From contig OZ024743.1 of assembly GCA_964016885.1 (NCBI GenBank), forward strand, positions 56,048,001 through 56,112,000: DNA of 64,000 nt, read 5' to 3'. Shown in pieces: positions 30,201 through 41,500 of this stretch. The position numbers were made by a program, and so were the translations under genes. Source of the DNA: Eledone cirrhosa (Eukaryota). The notes under the pieces are model-generated. The model was not told the origin of the DNA. It ran no database searches and saw only the letters and a program-made list of their open reading frames with translations. Within the stretch, counting starts at the first letter, position 1; every line of letters starts with the position of its first letter.

Positions 30201-32700
30201 GTTGTTGGTGTTCTTGGTGTTCTTGGTGTTGTTGGTGTTGTTGTTGGTGTTCTTGGTGTTTTTGTTGGTGTCATTGGTGTTGTTGTTGGTGTCCTTGGTG
30301 TTGTTGTTGGTGTCCTTGGTGTTGTTGTTGATGTCCTTGGTGTTGTTGATGGTGCCTTGGTGTTGTTGTTGGTGTCCTTGGTATTGTTGTTGGTGTCCTT
30401 GGTGTTGTTGTTGTTGGTGTCCTTGGTATTGTTGTTGGTGTCCTTGGTGTTGTTGTTGGTGTCTTTGGTGTTGTTGATGGTGTCCTTGGTATTGTTGTTG
30501 GTGTCCTTGGTGTTGTTGTTGGTGTCAATGGTGTTGTTGTTGATGTCCTTGGTGTTGTTGTTGGTGTCCTTGGTATTGTTGTTGGTGTCCTTGGTGTAGT
30601 TGTTGGTGTCTTTGGTGTTGTTGATGGTGTCCTTGGTATTGTTGTTGGTGTCCTTGGTGTTGTTGTTGGTGTCTTTGGTGTTGTTGATGGTGTCCTTGGT
30701 ATTGTTGTTGGTGTCCTTGGTGTTGTTGTTGGTGTCCTTGGTGTTGTTAATGTACTTGGTGTTGTTGTTGGTGTCCTTGGTATTGTTGTTGGTGTCCTTG
30801 GTGTTGTTGATGGTGTCCTTGGTGTTGTTAATGTCCTTGGTGTTGTTGTTGGTGTCCTTGGTATTGTTGTTGGTGTCCTTGGTGTTGTTGTTGGTGTCTT
30901 TGGTGTTGTTGATGGTGTCCTTGGTATTGTTGTTGGTGTCCTTGGTGTTGTTGTTGGTGTCTTTGGTGTTGTTGTTGATGTCCTTGGTGTTGTTGTTGGT
31001 GTCCTTGGTGTTGTTGTTGGTGTCCTTGGTGTTGTTAATGTCCTTGGTGTTGTTGTTGGTGTCCTTGGTGTTGTTGTTGGTGTCTTTGGTGTTGTTGTTG
31101 GTATCCTTGGTGTTGGTGTCTTTGGTGTTGTTGTTGTCCTTGGTGTTGTTGTTGGTGTCCTTGGTGTTGTTGTTGGTGTCCTTGGTGTTGTTGTTGGTGT
31201 CTTTGGTGTTGTTGTTGTCTTGGTATTGTTGTTGGTGTCCTTGGTGTTGTTGATGGTGTCCTTGGTATTGTTGTTGGTGTCCTTGGTGTTGTTGTTGATG
31301 TCTTTGGTGATGTTGTTGATGTCCTTGGTTTTGTTGTTGGTGTCCTTGGTGTTGTTGTGGGTGTCGTTGGTGTTGTTAATGTCCTTGGTGTTGTTGTTGG
31401 TGTCTTTGGTGTTGTTGATGGTGTCCTTGGTGTTGTTGTTGTTGGTGTCCTTGGTGTTTTTGTTGGTGACCTTGGTTTTGTTGATGGTGTCCTTGGTGTT
31501 GTTGTTGTTGGTGTCCTTGGTGTTGTTAATGTCCTTGGTGTTGTTGTTGGTGTCCTTGGTGTTGTTAATGTCCTTGCTTTTGTTGTTTGTGTCTTTGGTG
31601 TTGTTGATGGTGTCCTTGGTGTTGTTGTTGTTGGTGTCCTTGGTGTTGTTGTTGGTGTCCTTGGTGTTGTTGATGGTGTCCTTGGTTTTGTTGATGGTGT
31701 CCTTGGTGTTGTTGGTGGTGTCATTGGTGTTGTTGTTGTTGGTGTCCTTGGTGTTGTTGTTGGTGTCCTTGGTGTTGTTGTTGGTGTCCTTGGTGTTGTT
31801 GTTGGTGCCCTTGGTTTTGTTGATGGTGTCCTTGGTGTTGTTGTTGGTGTCCTTGGTGTTGTTGGTGTTCTTGGTGTTGTTGTTGATGCCCTTGGTGTTG
31901 TTGTTAATGTCCTTGGTGTTGTTGTTGGTGTCCTTGGTATTGTTGTTGGTGTCCTTGGTGTTGTTGTTGTTGGTGTCCTTGGTATTGTTGTTGGTGTCCT
32001 TGGTGTTGTTGTTGGTGTCTTTGGTGTTGTTGTTGATGTCCTTGGTGTTGTTGTTGGTGTCCATGGTGTTGTTAATGTCCTTGGTGTTGTTGTTGGTGTC
32101 CTTGGTGTTGTTGTTGGTGTCTTTGGTGTTGTTGATGGTGTCCTTGTTATTGTTGTTGGTGTCCTTGGTATTGTTGTTAGTGTCTTTGGTGTTGTTGTTG
32201 ATGTCCTTGGTGTTGTTGTTGGTGTCCTTGGTGTTGTTGTTGGTGTCCTTGGTGTTGTTGTTGGTGTCTTTGGTGTTGTTGTTGGTGTCCTTGGTGTTGG
32301 TGTCTTTGGTGTTGTTGTTGGTGTCCTTGGTGTTGGTGTCTTTGGTGTTGTTGTTGTCCTTGGTGTTGTTGTTGGTGTCCTTGGTGTTGTTGTTGGAGTC
32401 CTTGGTGTTGTTGTTGGTGTCTTTGGTGTTGTTGTTGTCTTGGTATTGTTGTTGGTGTCCTTGGTGTTGTTGTTGGTGTCTTTGGTGTTGTTGATGGTGT
32501 CCTTGGTGTTGTTGTGGGTGTCGTTGGTGTTGTTAATGTCCTTGGTGTTGTTGTTGGTGTCTTTGGTGTTGTTGATGGTGTCCTTGGTGTTGTTGGTGTC
32601 CTTGGTGTTTTTGTTGGTGACCTTGGTTTTGTTGATGGTGTCCTTGGTGTTGTTGTTGTTGGTGTCCTTGGTGTTGTTAATGTACTTGGTGTTGTTGTTG
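18300..32700. repeat. ~5.3 kb higher-order repeat of the 21-bp satellite, about 2.7 copies
   Basis: Matching ORF-track entries: 19434/24726 (+5292), 20674/25966/31220 (+5292, +5254), 20811/26103/31357, 21923/27260/32514 (+5337, +5254) and 23272/28609. Confidence 0.9.
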
Positions 32701-35700
32701 TCTTGGTATTGTTGTTGGTGTCCTTGGTGTTGTTGTTGGTGTCTTTGGTGTTGTTGATGGTGTCCTTGGTGTTGTTGTGGGTGTCGTTGGTGTTGTTAAT
32801 GTCCTTGGTGTTGTTGTTGGTGTCTTTGGTGTTGTTGATGGTGTCCTTGGTGTTGTTGGTGTCCTTGGTGTTTTTGTTGGTGACCTTGGTTTTGTTGTTG
32901 GTGTCCTTGGTGTTGTTGTTGTTGGTGTCCTTGGTATTGTTGTTGGTGTCCTTGGTGTTGTTGTTGTTGGTGTCCTTGGTATTGTTGTTGGTGTCCTTGG
33001 TGTTGTTGTTGGTGTCTTTGGTGTTGTTGTTGATGTCCTTGGTGTTGTTGTTGGTGTCCTTGGTGTTGTTAATGTCCTTGGTGTTGTTGTTGGTATCCTT
33101 GGTATTGTTGTTGGTGTCCTTGGTGTTGTTGTTGGTGTCTTTGGTGTTGTTGATGGTGTCCTTGTTATTGTTGTTGATGTCCTTGGTGTTGTTGTTGGTG
33201 TCCTTGGTGTTGTTGTTGTTGTCCTTGGTGTTGTTAATGTCCTTGGTGTTGTTGTTGGTGTCCTTGGTGTTGTTGTTGGTGTCTTTGGTGTTGTTGTTGG
33301 TGTCCTTGGTGTTGTTGTTGGTGTCTTTGGTGTTGTTGTTGTCCTTGGTGTTGATGTTGATGTCCTTGGTATTGTTGTTGGTGTCCTTGGTGTTGTTGTT
33401 GGTGTCTTTGGTGTTGTTGATGGTGTCCTTGTTATTATTGTTGGTGTCCTTGATGTTGTTGTTGGTGTCTTTGGTGTTGTTGTTGATGTCCTTGGTGTTG
33501 TTGTTGGTGTCCTTGGTGTTGTTGTTGGTGTCCTTGGTGTTGTTAATGTCCTTGGTGTTGTTGTTGGTGTCCTTGGTGTTGTTGTTGGTGTCCTTGGTGT
33601 TGTTGTTGATGGTGTCCTTGGATTTGTTGATGGTGTACTTGGTTTTGTTGATGGTGTCCTTGGTGTTGTTAATGTCCTTGATGTTGTTGTTGGTGTCCTT
33701 GGTGTTGTTGGTGTTCTTGGTGTTGTTGTTGGTGTCCTTGGTGTTGTTGTTGATGTCCTTGGTGTTGTTGATGGTGTCCTTGGTGTTGTTGATGTCCTTG
33801 GTGTTGTTGTTGGTGTCCTTGGTGTTGTTGGTGTTCTTGGTGTTGTTGTTGGTGTCCTTGGTGTTGTTGTTGATGTCCTTGGTGTTGTTGATGGTGTCCT
33901 TGGTGTTGTTGATGTCCTTGGTGTTGTTGTTGGTGTCCTTGGTGTTGTTGTTGGTGTCCTTGGTGTTGTTGTTGGTGTCATTGGTGTTGTTGTTGGTGTT
34001 CTTGGTGTTCTTGGTGTTGTTGGTATTGTTGTTGGTGTTCTTGGTGTTTTTGTTGATGTCCTTGGTGTTGTTGTTGGTGTCATTGGTGTTGTTGTTGGTG
34101 TTCTTGGTGTTCTTGGTGTTGTTGGTGTTGTTGTTGGTGTTCTTGGTGTTGTTGGTGTCCTCGGTGTTGTTGTTGGTGTCCTTGGTGTTGTTGTTGGTGT
34201 CATTGGTGTTGTTGTTGGTGTTGTTGGTGTTCTTGGTGTTGTTGGTGTTGTTGTTGGTGTTCTTGGTGTTCTTGGTGTTGTTGGTGTTGTTGTTGGTGTT
34301 CTTGGTGTTTTTGTTGGTGTCCTTGGTGTTGTTGTTGGTGTCATTGGTGTTGTTGTTGGTGTTCTTGGTGTTCTTGGTGTTGTTGGTGTTGTTGTTGGTG
34401 TTCTTGGTGTTGTTGGTGTCCTCGGTGTTGTTGTTGGTGTCCTTGGTGTTGTTGTTGGTGTCATTGGTGTTGTTGTTGGTGTTCTTGGTGTTCTTGGTGT
34501 TGTTGGTGTTGTTGTTGGTGTTCTTGGTGTTTTTGTTGGTGTCATTGGTGTTGTTGTTGATGTCCTTGGTGTTGTTGGTGTTGTTGGTGTTGTTGTTGAT
34601 GTCCTTGGTGTCCTTGGTGTTGTTGATGGTGTTATGATGTTGTTGTTGATGTCATTGGTGTTGTTGTTGGTGTTCTTGGTGTTGTTGTTGATGTCCTTGG
34701 TGTTGTTTTTGGTGTCTTTGGTGTTGTTGGTGGTGGCCTTGGTATTGTTGTTGATGTCCCTGGTGTTGTTGTTGGTGTCCTTGGTGTTGTTGTTGGTGTC
34801 ATTGGTGTTGTTGTTGGTGGCCTTGGTATTGTTGTTGGTGTCCTTGGTATTGTTGTTGGTGTCCTTGATGTTGTTGTTGATGTCCTTGGTGTTGTTGATG
34901 TCCTTGGTGCTGTTGTTGGTGTCCTTGGTGTTGTTGTTGGTGTCCTTGGTGTTGTTGTTGGTGGCCTTGGTGTTGTTGATGGCGTCCTTGGTGTTGTTGT
35001 TGATGTCCTTGGTGTTGTTGTTTATGTCCTTGGTGTTGTTGTTTATGTCCTTGGTGTTGTTGATATCCTTGGTGTTGTTGTTGTTATTGCCCTTGGTATT
35101 GTTGTTGATGTCCATGGTGTTGTTGTTGGTGTCCTTGGTGTTGTTGTTGGTGTCCTTGGTGTTGTTGGTGTCCTTGGTATTGTTGTTGGTCTCCTTGATG
35201 TTGTTGTTGATGTCCTTGGTGTTGTTGATGTCCTTGGTGTTGTTGTTGGTGGCCTTGGTATTGTTGTTGGTGTCCTTGGTATTGTTGTTGATGTCCTTCG
35301 TGTTGTTGTTGGTGTTTTTGGTGTTGTTGTTGATGTCCTTGATTTTGTTGATGGTGTCCTTGGTGTTGTTGTTGGTGTCCTTGGTGTTGTTGTTGCTGTC
35401 TTTAGTGTTGTTGTTGATGTCCTTGGTTTTGATGATGGTGTCCTTGGTGTTGTTGATGTCCTTGGTGTTATTGTTGGTGTCCTTGGTGTGGTTGTTGTTG
35501 GTGTCCTTGGTGTTGTTGTTGGTTTCCTTGGTGTTGTTGTTGTTGGTGTCCTTGGTGTTGTTGTTGGTGTCCTTGGTATTGTTGTTGTTGGTGCCCTTGG
35601 TATTGTTGTTGGTGTCCTTGGTGTTGTTGTTGGTGTCCTTGGTGTTGTTGTTGTTGGTGTCCTTGGTGTTGTTGTTGGTGTCATTGGTATTGTTGTTGGT

Positions 35701-38579
35701 GTCCTTGGTGTTGTTGTTGGTTTCCTTGGTGTTGTTGTTGTTGATGTCCTTGGTGTTGTTGTTGATGTCCTTGGTGTTGTTGTTGGTGTCCTTGGAATTG
35801 TTGTTGGTGTCCTTGGTGTTGTTGTTGGTGTCCTTGGTGTTGTTGTTGTTGGTGTCCTTGGTGTTGTTGGTGGTGTCCTTGCTGTTGTTGTTGGTGTTGT
35901 TGGTGGTGTCCTTGCTGTTGTTGTTGGTGTCCTTGGTGTTGTTGTTGTTGGTGTCCTTGGTATTGTTGTTGGTGTCCTTGGTGTTGTTGTTGTTGGTGTC
36001 CTTCGTGTTGTTGTTGGTGTCCTTGGTATTGTTGTTGGTGTCCTTGGTGTTGTTGTTGGTGTCCTTGGTGTTGTTGATGGTGTCATTGGTGTTGTTGGTG
36101 TTGTTGGTGTCCTTGGTGTTGTTGTTGGTGTCCTTGGTGTTGTTGTTGTTGGTGTCCTTGGTGTTGTTGGTGGTGTCCTTGGTATTGTTGTTGGTGTCCT
36201 TGGTGTTGTTGTTGATGTCCTTGGTGTTGTTTTTGGTGTCCTTGGTGTTGTTGTTGTTGGTGTCCTTGGTGTTGTTGGTGGTGTCCTTGGTATTGTTGTT
36301 GGTGTCCTTGGTGTTGTTGTTGTTGGTGTCCTTGGTGTTGTTGTTGGTGTCCTTGCTATTGTTGTTGGTGTCCTTGGTGTTGTTGTTGATGACCTTGGTG
36401 TTGTTGTTGGTGTCCTTGGTATTCTTGTTGGTGTCCTTGGTGTTGTTGTTGGTGTCCTTGGTGTTGTTGTTGATGTCCTTGGTGTTGTTGTTGGTGTCCT
36501 TGGTATTGTTGTTGGTGTCCTTGGTGTTGTTGGTGGTGTCCTTGGTATTGTTGTTGGTGTCCTTGGTGTTGTTGTTGGTGTCCTTGGTGTTGTTGTTGTT
36601 GTCCTTGGTGTTGTTGATGGTGTCCTTGGTTTTGTTGATGGTGTCCTTTGTGTTGTTGTTGTTGGTGTCCTCGGTGTTGTTGTTGGTGTCCTTGGTATTG
36701 TTGTTGGTGTCCTTGGTGTTGTTGTTGTTGGTGTCCTTGGTGTTGTTGGTGGTGTCCTTGGTATTGTTGTTGGTGTCCTTGGTGTTGTTGTTGTTGGTGT
36801 CCTTGGTGTTGTTGTTGGTGTCCTTGGTATTGTTGTTGGTGTCCTTGGTGTTGTTGTTGATGTCCTTGGTGTTGTTGTTGGTGTCCTTGGTATTCTTGTT
36901 GGTGTCCTTGGTGTTGTTGTTGGTGTCCTTAGTGTTGTTGTTGGTGTCCTTGGTGTTGTTGTTGGTGTCCTTGGTATTGTTGTTGGTGTCCTTGGTGTTG
37001 TTGGTGGTGACCTTGGTATTGTTGTTGGTGTCCTTGGTGTTGTTGTTGGTGTCCTTGGTGTTGTTGTTGTTGGTGTCCTTGGTGTTGTTGTTGGTGTCCT
37101 TGGTATTGTTGTTGGTGTCCTTGACTTTGTTGGTGGTGTCCTTGGTATTGTTGTTGGTGTCCTTGGTGTTGTTGTTGTTGGTGTCCTTGGTGTTGTTGTT
37201 GGTGTCCTTGGTATTGTTGTTGGTGTCCTTGGTGTTGTTGTTGATGTCCTTGGTGTTGTTGTTGGTGTCCTTGGTATTCTTGTTGGTGTCCTTGGTGTTG
37301 TTGTTGGTGTCCTTGGTGTTGTTGTTGTTGGTGTCCTTGGTGTTGTTGTTGGTGTCCTTGGTGTTGTTGATGGTGTCCTTGGTTTTGTTGATGGTGTCCT
37401 TGGTGTTGTTGTTGTTGGTGTCCTTGGTGTTGTTGTTGATGTCCTTGGTGTTGTTGTTGGTGTCCTTGGTGTTGTTGTTGGTGTCATTGGTGTTGTTGGT
37501 GTCCTTGGTGTTGTTGTTGGTGTCCTTGGTGTTGTTGTTGGTGTCCTTGGTGTTGTTGATGGTGTCCTTAGTTTTGTTGATGGTTTCCTTGGTGTTGTTG
37601 TTGATGTCCTTGGTGTTGTTGATGGTGTGCTTGGTGTTGTTGATGTCCTTGGTGTTGTTGTTGGTGTCCTTGGTGTTGTTGTTGATGTCCTTGGTGTTGT
37701 TGTTGTTGGTGTCCTTGGTGTTGTTGTTGGTGTCCTTGGTGTTGTTGTTGATGTCCTTGGTGTTGTTTTTGGTGTCCTTGGTGTTGTTATTGGTGTCACT
37801 GGTGTTGTTGTTGGTGTTCTTGGTGTTGTTGGTGTCATTGGTGTTGTTGTTGGTGTCCTTGGTGTTGTTGTTGATGTCCTTGGTGTTGTTGTTGGTGTCC
37901 TTGGTGTTGTTGTTGATGTCCTTGGTGTTGATTTTGGTGTCCTTAGTGTTGTTGTTGGTGTGATTGGTGTTGTTGTTGGTGTTCTTGGTATTGTTGGTGT
38001 TCTTGGTGTTGTTGTTGGTGTCCTTGGTGTTGTTGTTGGTGTCCTTGGTTGGTTGTTGGTGTCCTTGGTTTGTTGTTGGTGTCATTGGTGTTGTTGTTGG
38101 TGTCCTTGGTGTTGTTGTTGGTGTCCTTGGTGTTGTTGTTGGTGTCCTTGGTGTTGTTGGTGTTCTTGGTGTTGTTGTTGGTGTCCTTGGTGTTGTTGTT
38201 GGTGTCCTTGGTTTGTTGTTGGTGTCCTTGGTTTGTTGTTGGTGTCCTTGGTGTTGTTGTTGGTGTCCTTGGTGTCCTTGGTGTTGTTGTTGATGTCCTT
38301 GGTGTTGATTTTGGTGTCCTTAGTGTTGTTGTTGGTGTCATTGGTGTTGTTGTTGGTGTTCTTGGTGTTGTTGGTGTTCTTGGTGTTGTTGTTGGTGTCC
38401 TTGGTGTTGTTGTTGGTGTCCTTGGTTTGTTGTTGGTGTCCTTGGTGTTGTTGTTGGTGTCCTTGGTTTGTTGTTGGTCTCATTGGTGTTGTTGTTGATG
38501 TCATTGGTGTTGTTGTTGGTGTCCTTGTTGTTGTTGTTGGTGTCCTTGGTATTGTTGTTGGTGTACTTGTTGTTGTTGT

Positions 38580-41500
38580 TGGTGTCCTTCGTGTTGTTGT
38601 TGGTGTCCCTGTTGTTGTTGTTGGTGTCCTTGGTGTTGTTGTTGATGTCCTTGGTGTTGTTGTTGGTGTTGTTGTTTGTGTTGTTGTTGGTGTCCTTGGT
38701 GTTGTTGTTGATGTCCCTGGTGTTGTTGTTGGTGTTGTTGTTGGTGTTGTTGTTGGTGTCCTTGGTGTTGTTGATGGTGTCCCTGTTGTTGTTGTTGTTG
38801 TTGTCCTTGGTGTTGTTGTTGATGTCCTTGGTGTTGTTGTTGGGTCCTTGGTGTTGTTGTTGGTGTCCTTGGTGTTGTTGTTGGTGTCCTTGGTGTTGTT
38901 GTTGATGTCCTTGGTGTTGTTGTTGATGTCCTTGGTGTTGTTGTTGGTGTCTTTGGTGTTGTTGTTGGTGGCCTTGGTGTTGTTGTTGGTGTCCTTGGTG
39001 TTGTTGTTGGTTTCCTTGGTGTTGTTGTTGATGTCCTTGGTGTTGTTGTTGGTGTCCTTGGTGTTGTTGTTGATGTCCTTGGTGTTGTTATTGATGTCCT
39101 TGGTGTTGTTGTTGATGTCCTTGGTGTTGTTGTTGGAGTCATTGGTGTTGTTGTTGATGTCCTTGGTGTTGTTGTTGGAGTCATTGGTGTTGTTGTTGAT
39201 GTCCTCCGTGTTGTTGTTGGTGTTCCTGTTGTTGTTGTTGGTGTCCTTCGTATTGTTGTTGATGTCCTTGGTGTTGTTGTTGGTGTCCTTTGTATTGTTG
39301 TTGATGTCCTTGGTGTTGTTGTTGGTGTCCTTGGTGTTGTTGTTGGTGTTCTTGGTGTTGTTGTTGATGTCCTTGGTGTTGTTGTTGGTGTCCTTGGTAT
39401 TGTTGTTGATGTCCTTGGTGTTGTTGTTGGTGTCCCTGTTGTTGTTGTTGGTGTCCTTGGTATTGTTGTTGATGTCCTTGGTGTTGTCGTTGATGTCCTT
39501 GGTGTTGTTGTTGGTGTCCTTGGTGTTGTTGGTGTCCTTGGTGTTGTTGTTGATGTCCTTGGTGTTGTTGTTGGTGGCCTTGGTGTTGTTGTTGGTGTCC
39601 TTGGTGTTGTTGTTGGTGTTCTTGGTGTTGTTGTTGATGTCCTTGGTGTTGTTGTTGGAGTCCTTGGTGTTGTTGTTGATGTCCTTCGTGTTGTTGTTGG
39701 TGTCCCTGTTGTTGTTGTTGGGGTCCTTGGTATTGTTGTTGATGTCCTTGGTGTTGTTGTTGATGTGCTTGGTGTTGTTGTTGGTGTCCTTGGTGTTGTT
39801 GGTGTCCTTGGTGTTGTTGTTGATGTCCTTGGTGTTGTTGTTGGTGGCCTTGGTGTTGTTGTTGGTGTCCTTGGTGTTGTTGGTGTCCTTGGTGTTGTTG
39901 TTGATGTCCTTGGTGTTGTTGTTGGGGTCCTTGGTGTTGTTGTTGGTGGCCTTGGTGTTGTTGTTGGTGTCCCTGTTGTTGGTGGCCTTGGTGTTGTTGT
40001 TGGTGTCCCTGTTGTTGTTGTTGGTGCCTTGGTATTGTTGTTGATGTCCTTGGTATTGTTGTTGGTGTCCTTTGTGTTGTTGTTGGTGGCCTTGCTGTTG
40101 TTGTTGCTGTCCCTGTTGTTGTTGGTGGTGTCCTTGGTATTGTTGTTGATGTCCTTGGTATTGTTGTTGGTGTCCTTGGTGTTGTTGTTGTTGGCCTTGG
40201 TGTTGTTGTTGGTGTCCCTGTTGTTGTTGTTGGTGTCCTTGGTATTGTTGTTGATGTCCTTGGTATTGTTGTTTTTTGTCCTTGGTGTTGTTGTTGGTGT
40301 CCTTGGTGTTGTTGTTGTTGGTGTCCTTGGTGTTGTTGTTGGTGTCATTGGTATTGTTGTTGGTGTCCTAGGTGTTGTTGTTGGTGTCCTTAGTGTTGCT
40401 GTTGATGTCTTTAGTGTTGTTGTTGATGTCCTTGGTGTTGTTGTTGGTGTCCTTGGTATTGTTGTTGGTGTCCTTGGTGTTGTTGTTGGTGTCCTTGGTG
40501 TTGTTGTTGTTGGTGTCCTTGGTGTTGTTGGTGGTGCCCTTGCTGTTGTTGTTGGTGTTGTTGGTGGTGTCCTTGCTGTTGTTGTTGGTGTCCTTGGTGT
40601 TGTTGTTGTTGGTGTCCTTGGTATTGTTGTTGGTGTCCTTGGTGTTGTTGTTGTTGGTGTCCTTGGTGTTGTTGTTGGTGTCCTTGGTGTTGTTGATGGT
40701 GTCCTTGGTGTTGTTGTTGATGTCCTTGGTGTTGTTGATGGTGTCCTTGGTGTTGTTGTTGGTGTCCTTGGCGTTGTTGTTGGTGTCATTGGTGTTGTTG
40801 GTGTCCTTGGTGTTGTTGTTGATGTCCTTGGTGTTGTTGTTGGTGTCCTTGGTGTTGTTGTTGGTGTCCTTGGTGTTGTTGTTGGTGTCATTGGTGTTGT
40901 TGTTGGTGTCATTGGTGTTGTTGGTGTCCTTGGTGTTGTTGATGGTGTCCTTGGTGTTGTTGTTGGTGTCCTTGGTGTTGTTGATGGTGTCCTTGGTGTT
41001 GTTGTTGATGTCCTTGGTGTTGTTGATGGTGTCCTGGGTGTTGTTGTTGGTGTCCTTGGTGTTGTTGATGGTGTCCTTGGTGTTGTTGTTGATGTCCTTG
41101 GTGTTGTTGATGGTGTCCTTGGTGTTGTTGTTGGTGTCCTTGGTGTTGTTGTTGGTGTCATTGGTGTTGTTGGTGTCCTTGGTGTTGTTGTTGATGTCCT
41201 TGGTGTTGTTGTTGGTGTCCTTGGTGTTGTTGTTGGTGTCATTGGTGTTGTTGGTGTCCTTGGTGTTGTTGTTGGTGTCCTTGGTTTTGTTGATGGTTTC
41301 CTTGGTGTTGTTGTTGATGTCCTTGGTGTTGTTGATGGTGTCCTTGGTGTTGTTGATGTCCCTGGTGTTGTTGTTGGTGTCCTTGGTGTTGTTGTTGGTG
41401 TCCTTGGTGTTGTTGTTGGTGTCCTTGGTGTTGTTGTTGTTGGTGTCCTTGGTGTTGTTGTTGGTGTCCTTGGTGTTGTTGTTGGTGTCCTTCGTGTTGT

